This document shows positions 37,794 to 46,909 of a stretch of 64,000 bases of DNA, in pieces. Under the pieces are notes generated by a model. The model was given only the letters and a program-made list of their open reading frames with translations. It was not told the DNA's origin and made no database searches. The stretch is from the IMG/VR virus record IMGVR_UViG_3300046096_000916, positions 3,012 to 67,011 of that record. One strand, given 5' to 3'. The stretch is from a virus. A program made the position numbers and the translations under genes. The first letter of the stretch is position 1. Each line of letters starts with the position of its first letter.

Positions 37794-38426
37794 TTATTTT
37801 TCATATTCAACAAAACAACAACACTTTTGTCCACATTGACAAGCAACACCAGGTAAAATTAAATCACTTAAATTGACCCATCCTTTCTCAGCATAACCGA
37901 TACAATCACTACAATGATTTTTACAACTTCCAAGTAATCTACGGGCTTGTTTAACTCCTTTAAACTTCTCTACACTTAACTTCCCTTTTTCATAACTTGT
38001 CTTAATTGCAAAGCCATATTGTCTAGCACGATTAACTATTTGTTTAGCAGTCAATTGAGCGTCTTTAATCGCTTTGGCAAATTGTTTATGGGCGGGATAA
38101 TGTACTTTCCTTAAGTCGTTACCCACTTCTAAATAATGATTAGCAAAAGTATTTTTAGCACCTCCCCTACCTAATCTCATCATGTTCACATGACTAGTTT
38201 TTATAATTTGTAATGATTTCTTCTGCCATGTTTCAAAGTCTATTCTCCCTACTATTAATTGAAAGGCTATTTTTTCCTGTTTTTTAGCTACCCTTTCAAC
38301 TTCCTGTTTTATTATTTTGGAGATCGATTTATCATTAACTTTTTGCTTATTCGATTTATAGTAATAAGCATTATCTTTAAACTCAATTTTATCTTTTAAT
38401 CTTTTAGCATCTATATTAAGGTTCAT
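37794..38426 (-). CDS. minor head / head morphogenesis protein (Mu gpF-like), putative
   Basis: C-terminal HC.DC..YA..GWV....PG..CQCG.KCCC cysteine cluster. Confidence 0.6.
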   Translation of the reverse strand: MNLNIDAKRLKDKIEFKDNAYYYKSNKQKVNDKSISKIIKQEVERVAKKQEKIAFQLIVGRIDFETWQKKSLQIIKTSHVNMMRLGRGGAKNTFANHYLEVGNDLRKVHYPAHKQFAKAIKDAQLTAKQIVNRARQYGFAIKTSYEKGKLSVEKFKGVKQARRLLGSCKNHCSDCIGYAEKGWVNLSDLILPGVACQCGQKCCCFVEYEK

Positions 38427-38658
38427 TTTCGCTATTGGTTAAAGATAGAGAATAAAGATAGTTAAATCTTATATAAAGATTTGGAAAGTAATTTGCTATA
38501 AATATTTGAGAATTTTCATCTTTTAAAAAACTTTCAAATAAAATGGTTTCTGTTATTTGTTGCCAGAAAATCAATCTTATTTTAAATTGAATAATAAAGA
38601 AAAATACCAAAATTAGCTTATATACGGTTTCTAAAACTTGCTTGAAATAATTGATCAT
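38416..38658 (-). CDS. hypothetical protein
   Basis: 80-aa hydrophobic ORF. Confidence 0.4.
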   Translation of the reverse strand: MINYFKQVLETVYKLILVFFFIIQFKIRLIFWQQITETILFESFLKDENSQIFIANYFPNLYIRFNYLYSLSLTNSENEP

Positions 38659-38689
38659 TTGTACCTAAGAATTTTCTTTTATTCTAACA

Positions 38690-39274
38690 TTAAGCAAATT
38701 TTAACCAACCATTGCGTTTTGCCTCATCTCTAACTGAATGTCTATTCATTCCTAAATCTTTAGCTGCTTTAGTTAAACTTTCGTAAACCTCACCTGTATC
38801 TGTCCTTTTGATTTTATGACGCACTGAGACAGGGGGACTTTTTTCTTTGTTACTTAAAATAAAATCAGTTAAGGATTCGCCAAAATAATATAATAAAATA
38901 TCTTTAGATACGACAGCCAACAATTCAGGTTTTCTTTTGGCGAACTCGATCATATTTTCTTTACTTATGATCCAATAATTACAACCTTTGATAGCTCCTA
39001 ATCCTACTTTTCTAATCCAACCTTGTACTCTGTGAGACTTTAAGCCTAACGCTCTTGCCCATTCTTTAGCTGACATGTTATCTTCAGTAGCTATATGAGA
39101 ATAACCCATTCTGTTTATTTTTACTTCGATAGCATTTTTTGTCCTAGTAACACCTGTTTTATGTTTACGATTAAACTTATTTATTTTATCAGTGATCATC
39201 TCAGTTGGGCAAGTATTTATTAATTTTTCTAATAATTCTAACTCGCCCTCGCTCCATGCTTTGTTACTTCCCAT
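38690..39274 (-). CDS. HTH DNA-binding protein with NUMOD1-like C-terminus
   Basis: WSEGELELL, RTKNAIEVK, DTGEVYESLTKAAKDLG. Confidence 0.65.
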   Translation of the reverse strand: MGSNKAWSEGELELLEKLINTCPTEMITDKINKFNRKHKTGVTRTKNAIEVKINRMGYSHIATEDNMSAKEWARALGLKSHRVQGWIRKVGLGAIKGCNYWIISKENMIEFAKRKPELLAVVSKDILLYYFGESLTDFILSNKEKSPPVSVRHKIKRTDTGEVYESLTKAAKDLGMNRHSVRDEAKRNGWLKFA

Positions 39275-39308
39275 AATCTTCTTTATTTTGTTAACTAGTT
39301 TTCGACTA

Positions 39309-40613
39309 TCAATCTCTTGCTTTTAAAACTCCAGTCCTCATATCAAATGAACACTTAACAGTCCCCTCACTTCCACTACGATTTTTCGCTACAATTATCT
39401 CTAAATCGCTAGGATCAGCATCAGGATTATATTTAGATTCTCTGTAAAGTAATAAAATTTTATTAGCATACTTTTCAAGTTGGGCTGAATCACTTAAATC
39501 TGAACAATAAGGACGTTTATCTCCACGATTCCCAACATTTCGAGTATTTAACTGAGCTAAGAGAAGAAAAGGACAGTTAAATTCATAGGCTAATAATTTT
39601 AACCCATTTAACAATTCTCCTATGGCATAAGTCAATAATTGCCCTTGTTCAGACTTAGCAATTAACTGTAAATAATCAATGACAACAATTCCTATCTGTC
39701 CATAAGTTTCTTTTGCTGTCAATAAATCTTTTTTTATGTCGGCTAAAGTCAAAATACTACCAGGTTTATCTTGTACGATAATAGGGTAATCTATTTTTTC
39801 CTCGTAAATATCGCTTATTCTTGCAAACTCAAGCTCAGTTAAGGGAATAAGCCCATCCATTTTACCGCGTGGCAATATTTCTGAGTATGCCTCGAAATAT
39901 TCCTTACCTAAAAATCTGGTAGCTAATTCCTCTCTTGACATTTCCGCACTAAAAAACACGGCTGGAGTTCCTTTTTTTACAATACTATCCGCTACTACCA
40001 ACCCAGTATAAGTTTTCCCATCCGCAGGTCTTCCCCCTAAAACTATCAACTCTTTCGGGGCAAAACCCTGCGTTATATCATCTAACTCTTTAAGCCCTGT
40101 AGAAATAGCTTTTATCCCCTGAGAAAGTGAAGTCATTTTCTCAGCAATCCCTTCCGCTATATATTTTAAGGGATATTGATCGTCAAAAGAAATACCGTCA
40201 ACAAAAGTATTACAATCATCTTTTACAGCATTTATAATCTCTGTTGTATTCAAAGTTTTATCGCTCATTATTTTTTGGATTTTTAAAGCTAATTCCCAAC
40301 CCTCACTTCTGACATAAGCCTCTTCTAATTCTTTTAATAAAACAGTGAGATCGAAAACTTCTATAGATTCTATAGTTGCTGTCAAAATGTCATTTATGGT
40401 AGGTGATATGTCTTCATTTCTATCTCTGTTTAATTCTGTTATCAAAGAGGCGGTAGTTAACTCTCCTCCTTTCCTTTCTATTAATGATATTTTCTGATGA
40501 ATTTCCTTATGTAATTGTACTTGGAAGTATTTAATATCTATCTCTACAATTTGATGTAACTTTTCAGTCATCAAGGAATACCCTATAATTTTCGTTTCTG
40601 CTTTACTATTCAT
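39309..40613 (-). CDS. dnaB: replicative DNA helicase, DnaB family
   Basis: STGLKELD, GGRPADGKT, FFSAEMS, IVVIDYLQL, LAQLN, SDLSDSAQLE, IVAKNRSG. Confidence 0.93.
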   Translation of the reverse strand: MNSKAETKIIGYSLMTEKLHQIVEIDIKYFQVQLHKEIHQKISLIERKGGELTTASLITELNRDRNEDISPTINDILTATIESIEVFDLTVLLKELEEAYVRSEGWELALKIQKIMSDKTLNTTEIINAVKDDCNTFVDGISFDDQYPLKYIAEGIAEKMTSLSQGIKAISTGLKELDDITQGFAPKELIVLGGRPADGKTYTGLVVADSIVKKGTPAVFFSAEMSREELATRFLGKEYFEAYSEILPRGKMDGLIPLTELEFARISDIYEEKIDYPIIVQDKPGSILTLADIKKDLLTAKETYGQIGIVVIDYLQLIAKSEQGQLLTYAIGELLNGLKLLAYEFNCPFLLLAQLNTRNVGNRGDKRPYCSDLSDSAQLEKYANKILLLYRESKYNPDADPSDLEIIVAKNRSGSEGTVKCSFDMRTGVLKARD

Positions 40614-41535
40614 TTTTTGCTTTTTCTATTAATGGTTTATAAATTGTCTGATATTTTTCTGTTATCTCATCTAATTCTTTTCTGATCCCTTGTTCTGCTT
40701 CGACTTTCTCTTTTAGTGATCCTATCCCCAATGATCCTGATAGTTTCCCCCAAAAGTTAGGTAATAATTTTTTTGATACAGCTATTTGCTCTGTATGAAT
40801 TTTATCTTTCATTTCATTCTCTAATCTTTTAACCTCAGTCATTTCACCCTGTTTATTTATTTCGATTTTATTTTTTTCTTTTTTTTCTTCAATGAGAATG
40901 AACTCAGTTATTCTCGCCCCCATATCTGAATTTATCTCATTCAATTTTCTATTGATATGATTCTCTACTTCTAAGTCTGTTGCTGAACGACCTAATTTTT
41001 TATAATGATCACAATTAGATAACCATTTTTTCCTATCTGCAATAAACTTATCTATCAAATTTTCATTATTCGCAAATAATGTTTGCCATTCTCTTTTTTT
41101 CTCTTCTACTTTGGGTTCTACTTTGGGTTCTACCTTCGGTTCTACTTTAATATCCACTTTCTCAACAATTTCACTCACTTCTACCACTGAAGGTTTTTCG
41201 CTTTCTTTATCTGGCAATTTATAATTCATCAAAGTGACATCATCTCTAATCTCTCCTTTCTTGTCTCTTACTTTATAAATATAGCCTAGTAGCCCCCCCA
41301 TTCTTGTTTGTATTCTTTCAACTAAACCTTTTTTTATTAAGTTTTTTACATTCATTCTCACTTGATAAACGGAACAGTTCAATTGCTCTGCCATATAGCT
41401 AATTTTAAACTGCCAATTTTTACTTTGCGATTTCATATGTACATACAACCCTATCTCAGCTAGGCTCAAGCCTTCCACTGTCTCGGTAATTATTTTTGTG
41501 TAAAAGTCAAATCCCTGCTCTGCTGTCATTTCCAT
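40606..41535 (-). CDS. phage replication initiator, putative (N-terminal winged HTH)
   Basis: LSLAEIGLY..WQFKISYMAEQL..VKNLIKKGLV; immediately upstream of dnaB. Confidence 0.65.
   Translation of the reverse strand: MEMTAEQGFDFYTKIITETVEGLSLAEIGLYVHMKSQSKNWQFKISYMAEQLNCSVYQVRMNVKNLIKKGLVERIQTRMGGLLGYIYKVRDKKGEIRDDVTLMNYKLPDKESEKPSVVEVSEIVEKVDIKVEPKVEPKVEPKVEEKKREWQTLFANNENLIDKFIADRKKWLSNCDHYKKLGRSATDLEVENHINRKLNEINSDMGARITEFILIEEKKEKNKIEINKQGEMTEVKRLENEMKDKIHTEQIAVSKKLLPNFWGKLSGSLGIGSLKEKVEAEQGIRKELDEITEKYQTIYKPLIEKAKNE
41104..41148. repeat. 12-bp tandem repeat, about 3.7 copies (encodes KVEP repeats)
   Basis: TTCTACTTTGGG twice, TTCTACCTTCGG, TTCTACTTT. Confidence 0.85.
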
Positions 41536-41626
41536 TGGTTTACTCCTTTTTTTTATGTCTTTGTTTTCGTAGTGAAAAAATTACTTATTTTCTTATATTA
41601 GCTAAAAAAAGTTCATACGTAAATAT

Positions 41627-42325
41627 TTAAGTACAATTTATTTTCTCAATTTGAAATCCTTTTTTTTGATTTATTTTTTTTACATGATTACGTGCCTTTG
41701 TTATTTTTTTCTCAATCTCATTCAAAAAACCATCAATATATTTTAACATAAGAGGCTTTTCCAATTCTATCTTTTTCTCTTCAATTGTTTGTTTAAACTT
41801 TTTCGATACTAATTTTAACCAACTTAGTTGATCGTCCCAAAGTTTGTAATTTTTGGCCACAATTCCCTGCATCGTCAACTGTCTCGCCTCTTCAAGAATA
41901 TGTAAACCATACATAAACATAATCCCTAAAAATAGATTTTCTAAATGAGTTTTATAATCTACAGGCTCTAATGACAAATCTTTACTTCCATCTTTCCTTA
42001 CATACCATTGTATTTTCCCTATGGCAAATATTTCTGGTATTCCTATTCTTTTATTCCATCTACTACATTTGTTTGAAATCCATAAATGATCTAATCTATG
42101 TCTCTCCTCAAATATTCTTTTCTGTTGTCGTGTTCCTTGTCTTTTCATCAAAACTGTAAATATTCTACAATCTTCATAAAGATCAACTGATTTCCCCGTG
42201 ACTACCCCTTTTTTATTCCCTACTATTATTACTATTGATCCATCTACAAAATATTCTAACGGTTTACGATATGTTTTTTCATAGTCGGGTCTAGGTAATA
42301 GTTCTGGCAAAGTAATTGTATCCAT
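41627..42325 (-). CDS. hypothetical protein
   Basis: 232-aa ORF with GGAGG RBS. Confidence 0.65.
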   Translation of the reverse strand: MDTITLPELLPRPDYEKTYRKPLEYFVDGSIVIIVGNKKGVVTGKSVDLYEDCRIFTVLMKRQGTRQQKRIFEERHRLDHLWISNKCSRWNKRIGIPEIFAIGKIQWYVRKDGSKDLSLEPVDYKTHLENLFLGIMFMYGLHILEEARQLTMQGIVAKNYKLWDDQLSWLKLVSKKFKQTIEEKKIELEKPLMLKYIDGFLNEIEKKITKARNHVKKINQKKGFQIEKINCT

Positions 42326-42558
42326 TTTTCCTCCTTTAAGTATTGTGCTAAAAAAAAACCATTACACGGATTTTTTAATAGTTTTATGTTTAATCCTTTC
42401 AAATCTTCAATTGTTTTCCCTTCTTTTTCTCGTTCTCTTTTTTCTATTTTTCTTAGTTTACTTAGCTGGTCATATCTATAAAAATAATCTTCACCATCTT
42501 CAGATACTAAAATCCATAACCAGTTATTCGAGACATAGAAGATTTTTTGTATTTTCAT
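42256..42558 (-). CDS. hypothetical protein
   Basis: 100-aa ORF. Confidence 0.5.
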   Translation of the reverse strand: MKIQKIFYVSNNWLWILVSEDGEDYFYRYDQLSKLRKIEKREREKEGKTIEDLKGLNIKLLKNPCNGFFLAQYLKEEKWIQLLCQNYYLDPTMKKHIVNR

Positions 42559-42744
42559 TTTTAAACTAAATACTATCTGTTTCTTTTATACAATATTTCT
42601 AATTTATTGTCAATAGCTAACAATATTTTTCTATCGAAAACAAAGAACATGTTAACGAGGTATCAAGGTTTCTAAGCCATTTTTTGTATTTTTTATTATT
42701 TAATTATATAATGGAAATAATTAAATAATCTCTTTTTACATAAC

Positions 42745-43314
42745 ATGACAAAAAATATTTTATTAGAATGCGTACACCCTATTAAAGCAATAGAATTTCT
42801 AATATATGCGTCTGGCATAAGCCGTAATCGTTTATTTTCTGATGCGGGAATAACTTGTACCTCTGGTTATAACTCTTTGAAAGACGGACATACCATGAGT
42901 TCATCTAATTGGTACAACTTAATATCAAAACTCCCCGATAATATGTACTCTATGTATTTCAAACTCATCACACGTACTCATCAAGATACTGTTTTACAGG
43001 GGACACTTTCTTACGATCCTTTTCTGTTTTACACTAAACGAGAATCTAACCCCCATCCTGTCAATAAAGTGCTCATTTATCTTGTTAATGTTTATGGTCT
43101 TGACACTCGTGATATTTCTTTCCACACGGGCATTAAATCCGACCTTTTGAGACTTTATCTTATACATGGTTCTCAAGAGCCACGATTAGATCGACTCCGT
43201 CTTATCTTAAGTGCCTTCCCTATAAATGTTGTTTACGAATTTGAATGGTTTATGCGGAATGTTCACGCCCAAACTCCTTTAACAGATTTTACCTATATTA
43301 AATCTGTTATATAA
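42745..43314 (+). CDS. tandem HTH (XRE-like) regulator, putative repressor
   Basis: Two internal repeats HP...LI...G.....S..GI...L....P, each resembling an XRE HTH; divergent from the replication operon. Confidence 0.55.
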   Translation: MTKNILLECVHPIKAIEFLIYASGISRNRLFSDAGITCTSGYNSLKDGHTMSSSNWYNLISKLPDNMYSMYFKLITRTHQDTVLQGTLSYDPFLFYTKRESNPHPVNKVLIYLVNVYGLDTRDISFHTGIKSDLLRLYLIHGSQEPRLDRLRLILSAFPINVVYEFEWFMRNVHAQTPLTDFTYIKSVI

Positions 43315-43339
43315 GTAAAACTTATCGCTATTGCATAAC

Positions 43340-43650
43340 CTGATAAGTTTCATCAATTGACGAGTTTCTATCGATAGACTACCTAACGCTAGACTATCTA
43401 ACGATAGGATGCCTATTGGTAGAATTTCAATAGACAAAATTATAATTAAATCAATTAAGATCAAAAAAAACAAAAATCAATCAACTTACGCAAAATGACC
43501 TTTTTTGTTTTTTTTTGATTAAAGAAGCAACTAAGAAGACAGTTAATTATTCTTTCTATTGATATTTATTTAATGAAATAACGTTGTCTTGAGAAGTAAA
43601 TGATTAATCATACCTAAAGAGAATAACTAAGGTTAAATTGGTCAATTATA
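43340..43650. repeat. non-coding repeat copy 1 (phased CTATCGATAG palindromes)
   Basis: 43340-43535 near-identical to 43774-43968; homologous to 61563-61859 over about 300 bp. Confidence 0.93.
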
Positions 43651-43773
43651 AAGATATAGGCTTATTTCTTAAATAGGTTAAACAAGCAATAGGTTTTCTT
43701 TATAACTTAGTTACTTTTCTATAAGTTCCATTAATTAACAATTGATAAGTTTTATTTATAGACAAAGTAATTA

Positions 43774-43968
43774 CTGATAAGTTTCATCAATTGACGAGTT
43801 TCTATCGATAGACTACCTAACGCTAGACTATCTAACGATAGGATGCCTATTGGTAGAATTTCAATAGACAAAATTATAATTAAATCAATTAAGATCAAAA
43901 AAACAAAAATCAATCAACTTACGCAAAATGACCTTTTTTTTGTTTTTTTGATTAAAGAAGCAACTAAG
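43774..43968. repeat. non-coding repeat copy 2
   Basis: Direct repeat 434 bp after copy 1; ends 8 bp from the recombinase stop. Confidence 0.93.
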
Positions 43969-43975
43969 CGGATAG

Positions 43976-45364
43976 TCAGAGATTTAATCTGACTTCAATA
44001 ACTTCGCCGTCAAGAATTAAAATTTTATCAACTAATCTTTGGACAATTTCTTTAAGTTGATGTGGCAATAAAGATTCCCAAAAGCTGGAAGAGGAAAAAA
44101 GAGATTTCAAATAAACTTCGTCTTGTTGAATAGTCTTATATTTTAAATGCTCTAAGTTAGAAATCTGTGATCTTATGTCTTCGATCGCCTTATCAATAGC
44201 AGGATTTTTGGGTAATGATTCCAAAGATTGAATTTGTAATGATAAAGAGTTAGTTTCTGTTGAGTTGGGATTTGAAAGAGGATTTTGAGTAATAGCGATT
44301 AACTCATCGTATTTAGATTGTAAACAGGAAAATAAAGCGTCAGTAATTTTCTCGATGCGAATTAATTTTCTATTTGAACAAACATTTAGATAGACTTGAG
44401 AACAACGATAATATTGGTTATAAGCAATATTAGTTTTATTAGAAATAGCAGACATAGTGCTACCACAGTGTTGGCAGACAATATAGCCTGTGAAAATATT
44501 GTTACTAGATACACCAAATCCTCTCACTTTTTTATTGTGAGTAATAATATTTTGTATCTCAACGAATTCAGTCTCACTCAAAATAGGAGTGTGATTATTA
44601 AAATGGTAAATAGGAGGTCGTGTTTTATCTTTATGAAAATAAACAATATGTCCACGCCAAGTAGGATGGATAATCAATATTTTCAGACCAGCATGAGAAA
44701 AATGTAGAGATTTATGGTGTTTCAGGCTTTGGTTATTAAGTTTAGATAATCCAAAATAAGTATTTAGTTTTTTCAAGCAACGACCGAAACTTTTTTCTTC
44801 CAAGAAAAAAGAAATAATAAGACGGGCGACATCATATCGGGAATATTCTTGTTTATCAGCGATGGTACAAACAAAAGAATCTAAATCTAATTCTATTTTG
44901 GTATCAACGATTTTATAGCCAAAAGAAATACGATTAACTTTTTTTATTTTCCTTTGATAAGAAAATCCATGTTTGATTCGCTCTGAAAGATCGTCAGAAT
45001 AATTTTGAGAGAAGGCACCTAAAATATTAGTAGTTAATTTACCAGATGCCGTAGTCAAATCAACATGTTGATCTAATACAGTCAATTTAATCCGCCTTTC
45101 TTCAAAAAGAGAAATTAAATTTAATTGTTTGAGTAAATTGCGGATCAATCGATCCATTCGAGTAATGACTAATTCTGTAACTTCTCCTCTTTCTATATCT
45201 GCGAGTAATTTTTGATACTCTTTTCTTTTCTCAGTTCTGCCTGATTCTATATCAACATAAAGCCGTTGTATATTTTGGCTTTCAATTCGGGCAATTTGTT
45301 GTTTCAACGCATTTTGATCAATGGCTTGTTCTTTGTTGCTTACTCTACAATATCCTACTTTCAT
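43976..45364 (-). CDS. large serine recombinase/integrase (XisF-like)
   Basis: GYCRVS catalytic Ser, DIESGR..R.EYQ, ITRMDRLIR, zinc ribbon CQHCG..YYRC, coiled coil; N-terminus EQA...AL.QQIAR resembles cyanobacterial XisF. Confidence 0.92.
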   Translation of the reverse strand: MKVGYCRVSNKEQAIDQNALKQQIARIESQNIQRLYVDIESGRTEKRKEYQKLLADIERGEVTELVITRMDRLIRNLLKQLNLISLFEERRIKLTVLDQHVDLTTASGKLTTNILGAFSQNYSDDLSERIKHGFSYQRKIKKVNRISFGYKIVDTKIELDLDSFVCTIADKQEYSRYDVARLIISFFLEEKSFGRCLKKLNTYFGLSKLNNQSLKHHKSLHFSHAGLKILIIHPTWRGHIVYFHKDKTRPPIYHFNNHTPILSETEFVEIQNIITHNKKVRGFGVSSNNIFTGYIVCQHCGSTMSAISNKTNIAYNQYYRCSQVYLNVCSNRKLIRIEKITDALFSCLQSKYDELIAITQNPLSNPNSTETNSLSLQIQSLESLPKNPAIDKAIEDIRSQISNLEHLKYKTIQQDEVYLKSLFSSSSFWESLLPHQLKEIVQRLVDKILILDGEVIEVRLNL

Positions 45365-45509
45365 ATATTATATTGGCTATTAATCTTGTATTTGATAGCC
45401 AATGTAGCAAGAAACAAATTACAAATAATAAAAAATAAAAAACTCCTTTGTTTGTGGTAAACTCTTTTCTAATAAAATCAATTATCTTTAACGAAAATGT
45501 TTACCTTAA

Positions 45510-45872
45510 ATGTATTTACAAAATGCAATAAATCGTTACAAAAAAGCAATAAGTCAAGAGAAAAGTGATTGCTGTCAAATAGCTGGTTCAATCTCTACTT
45601 GCAAAGAATGCCCTAATTATAAATTAAGAGTTAACAGAATTACCATGAATTTAATCGAACAAGAATTAAAGTCTCAAAATAAATTAAATACGCAATGGGA
45701 ATATTATTCCTTATGGCGAGAAATAGTCAAAATTTCTACAGAGTTAAATAATGTAGGTTTAGCTTTAATGAATTTAGATATTACTGAAGATAATTTGAAT
45801 AAAGTTACAACTGTACTACAAAAAAGTAAAAAGGCGATCGCCAATTTAGAGATAAAGAAAAACCGCTCATAA
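45510..45872 (+). CDS. hypothetical protein
   Basis: 120-aa ORF with a cysteine cluster. Confidence 0.5.
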   Translation: MYLQNAINRYKKAISQEKSDCCQIAGSISTCKECPNYKLRVNRITMNLIEQELKSQNKLNTQWEYYSLWREIVKISTELNNVGLALMNLDITEDNLNKVTTVLQKSKKAIANLEIKKNRS

Positions 45873-45910
45873 AAGAGCGGAGTTTTCTTTACTGTTTATT
45901 TATATTCAAG

Positions 45911-46129
45911 CTAAATAGAAACTAAGAAGCTATTAAATTTATGGATAAAATTAACAGCTTCCTCTCCTTCTAAGTCTGTATATCCATTAACAAAACGGAT
46001 GGAAAGACGTTCTCTCTCTTGATCTTTGTGCATAGAAACGATAGCATTTGCGTCAATAAAGTTATTGTTAACTACGATATAACCTTCTTCAATATTCTCA
46101 GCAAAATCTGGTAGTGTTACGCTTGTCAT
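45911..46129 (-). CDS. hypothetical protein
   Basis: 72-aa ORF. Confidence 0.55.
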   Translation of the reverse strand: MTSVTLPDFAENIEEGYIVVNNNFIDANAIVSMHKDQERERLSIRFVNGYTDLEGEEAVNFIHKFNSFLVSI

Positions 46130-46139
46130 ATGTATGTAA

Positions 46140-46376
46140 TTATTTTTTTCTGATCATAACATAGGAAACTGAAAATAAGGCATAAGAGAAAAGAAAAGAA
46201 GGTTCAGGGATTTCAAGAGAGATAGGAGTTTCGTCAATAATTAAATCATCATCATTGTAACCATAATCAGGTCTATACTCAGGCTCAAAATGATGATTAG
46301 TTCCGTTTCTTTTGTTATGGTTACAAGAGGTAACAATTAGAGCCAGAGTAATTATAGTAAGAATAATTTTAAACAT
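46140..46376 (-). CDS. small lipoprotein with PEP-CTERM-like sorting signal
   Basis: Lipobox-like LIVTSC; C-terminal IPEPS + hydrophobic helix + RKK. Confidence 0.7.
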   Translation of the reverse strand: MFKIILTIITLALIVTSCNHNKRNGTNHHFEPEYRPDYGYNDDDLIIDETPISLEIPEPSFLFSYALFSVSYVMIRKK

Positions 46377-46377
46377 A

Positions 46378-46830
46378 TTACGAATATATTACAGAAAGTG
46401 GTAATTCATTAAGAGATAAAGACTTCATTCTTTTTTCAAAACCGTCAAAGTTTTTACGATCCATAACGATACAACCCATTGAACCAGGTACATTAGCATC
46501 AAGATGAATGCCAAAATCACCTCTTACTCCGCCTTTATCGGTTTTAACTTCGTGAGGATTAATTTTATAGAAATTACCTTCAACACCTTTTATTTGTGGC
46601 ATAGGAATAGGTTTAGTTAAAACGGTGTAACGTTTAGCAGAGGATCGATAATTAGGGGGAATTAAACCGCCTCTTTGATGGAAGTCTTCAATGCCTTGCT
46701 TACTGTCAACAGAACTGGTAGCAGTCCAGATGTCGATATGACCTTGTTCAGTATCAAATAATTGTAACCGTCCTTGATCTAATCCTTTATCTCGATCAAA
46801 GTGCATTGAGAAAATTAATAATAGTGACAT
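46378..46830 (-). CDS. L,D-transpeptidase-like (YkuD fold) protein, possible lysis enzyme
   Basis: RGDFGIHLDANVPGSMGCIVM (H...S.GC catalytic motif). Confidence 0.7.
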   Translation of the reverse strand: MSLLLIFSMHFDRDKGLDQGRLQLFDTEQGHIDIWTATSSVDSKQGIEDFHQRGGLIPPNYRSSAKRYTVLTKPIPMPQIKGVEGNFYKINPHEVKTDKGGVRGDFGIHLDANVPGSMGCIVMDRKNFDGFEKRMKSLSLNELPLSVIYS

Positions 46831-46909
46831 AAAGCTCCTTTTTTCTTATAATACTAACATAAGTAAAATTAAGATTTTATTCACAAAAACATAAACGAAA
46901 ACAAAGTAA

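Noticed and set aside
42208-42224. Third copy of the kilA junction core (CTTTTTTATTCCCTACT) as part of a shufflon
   Set aside because: It lies inside an unrelated intact gene and is low-complexity; kept only as a caveat to the inversion finding
43368-43422. Periodic repeats as a CRISPR array
   Set aside because: 15-bp period with 5-bp spacers is far too short; no cas genes present
43279-43473. 64-aa minus-strand ORF over repeat copy 1
   Set aside because: Translation of the palindromic repeat; starts at a weak TTG within an A/T tract and has no independent coding support
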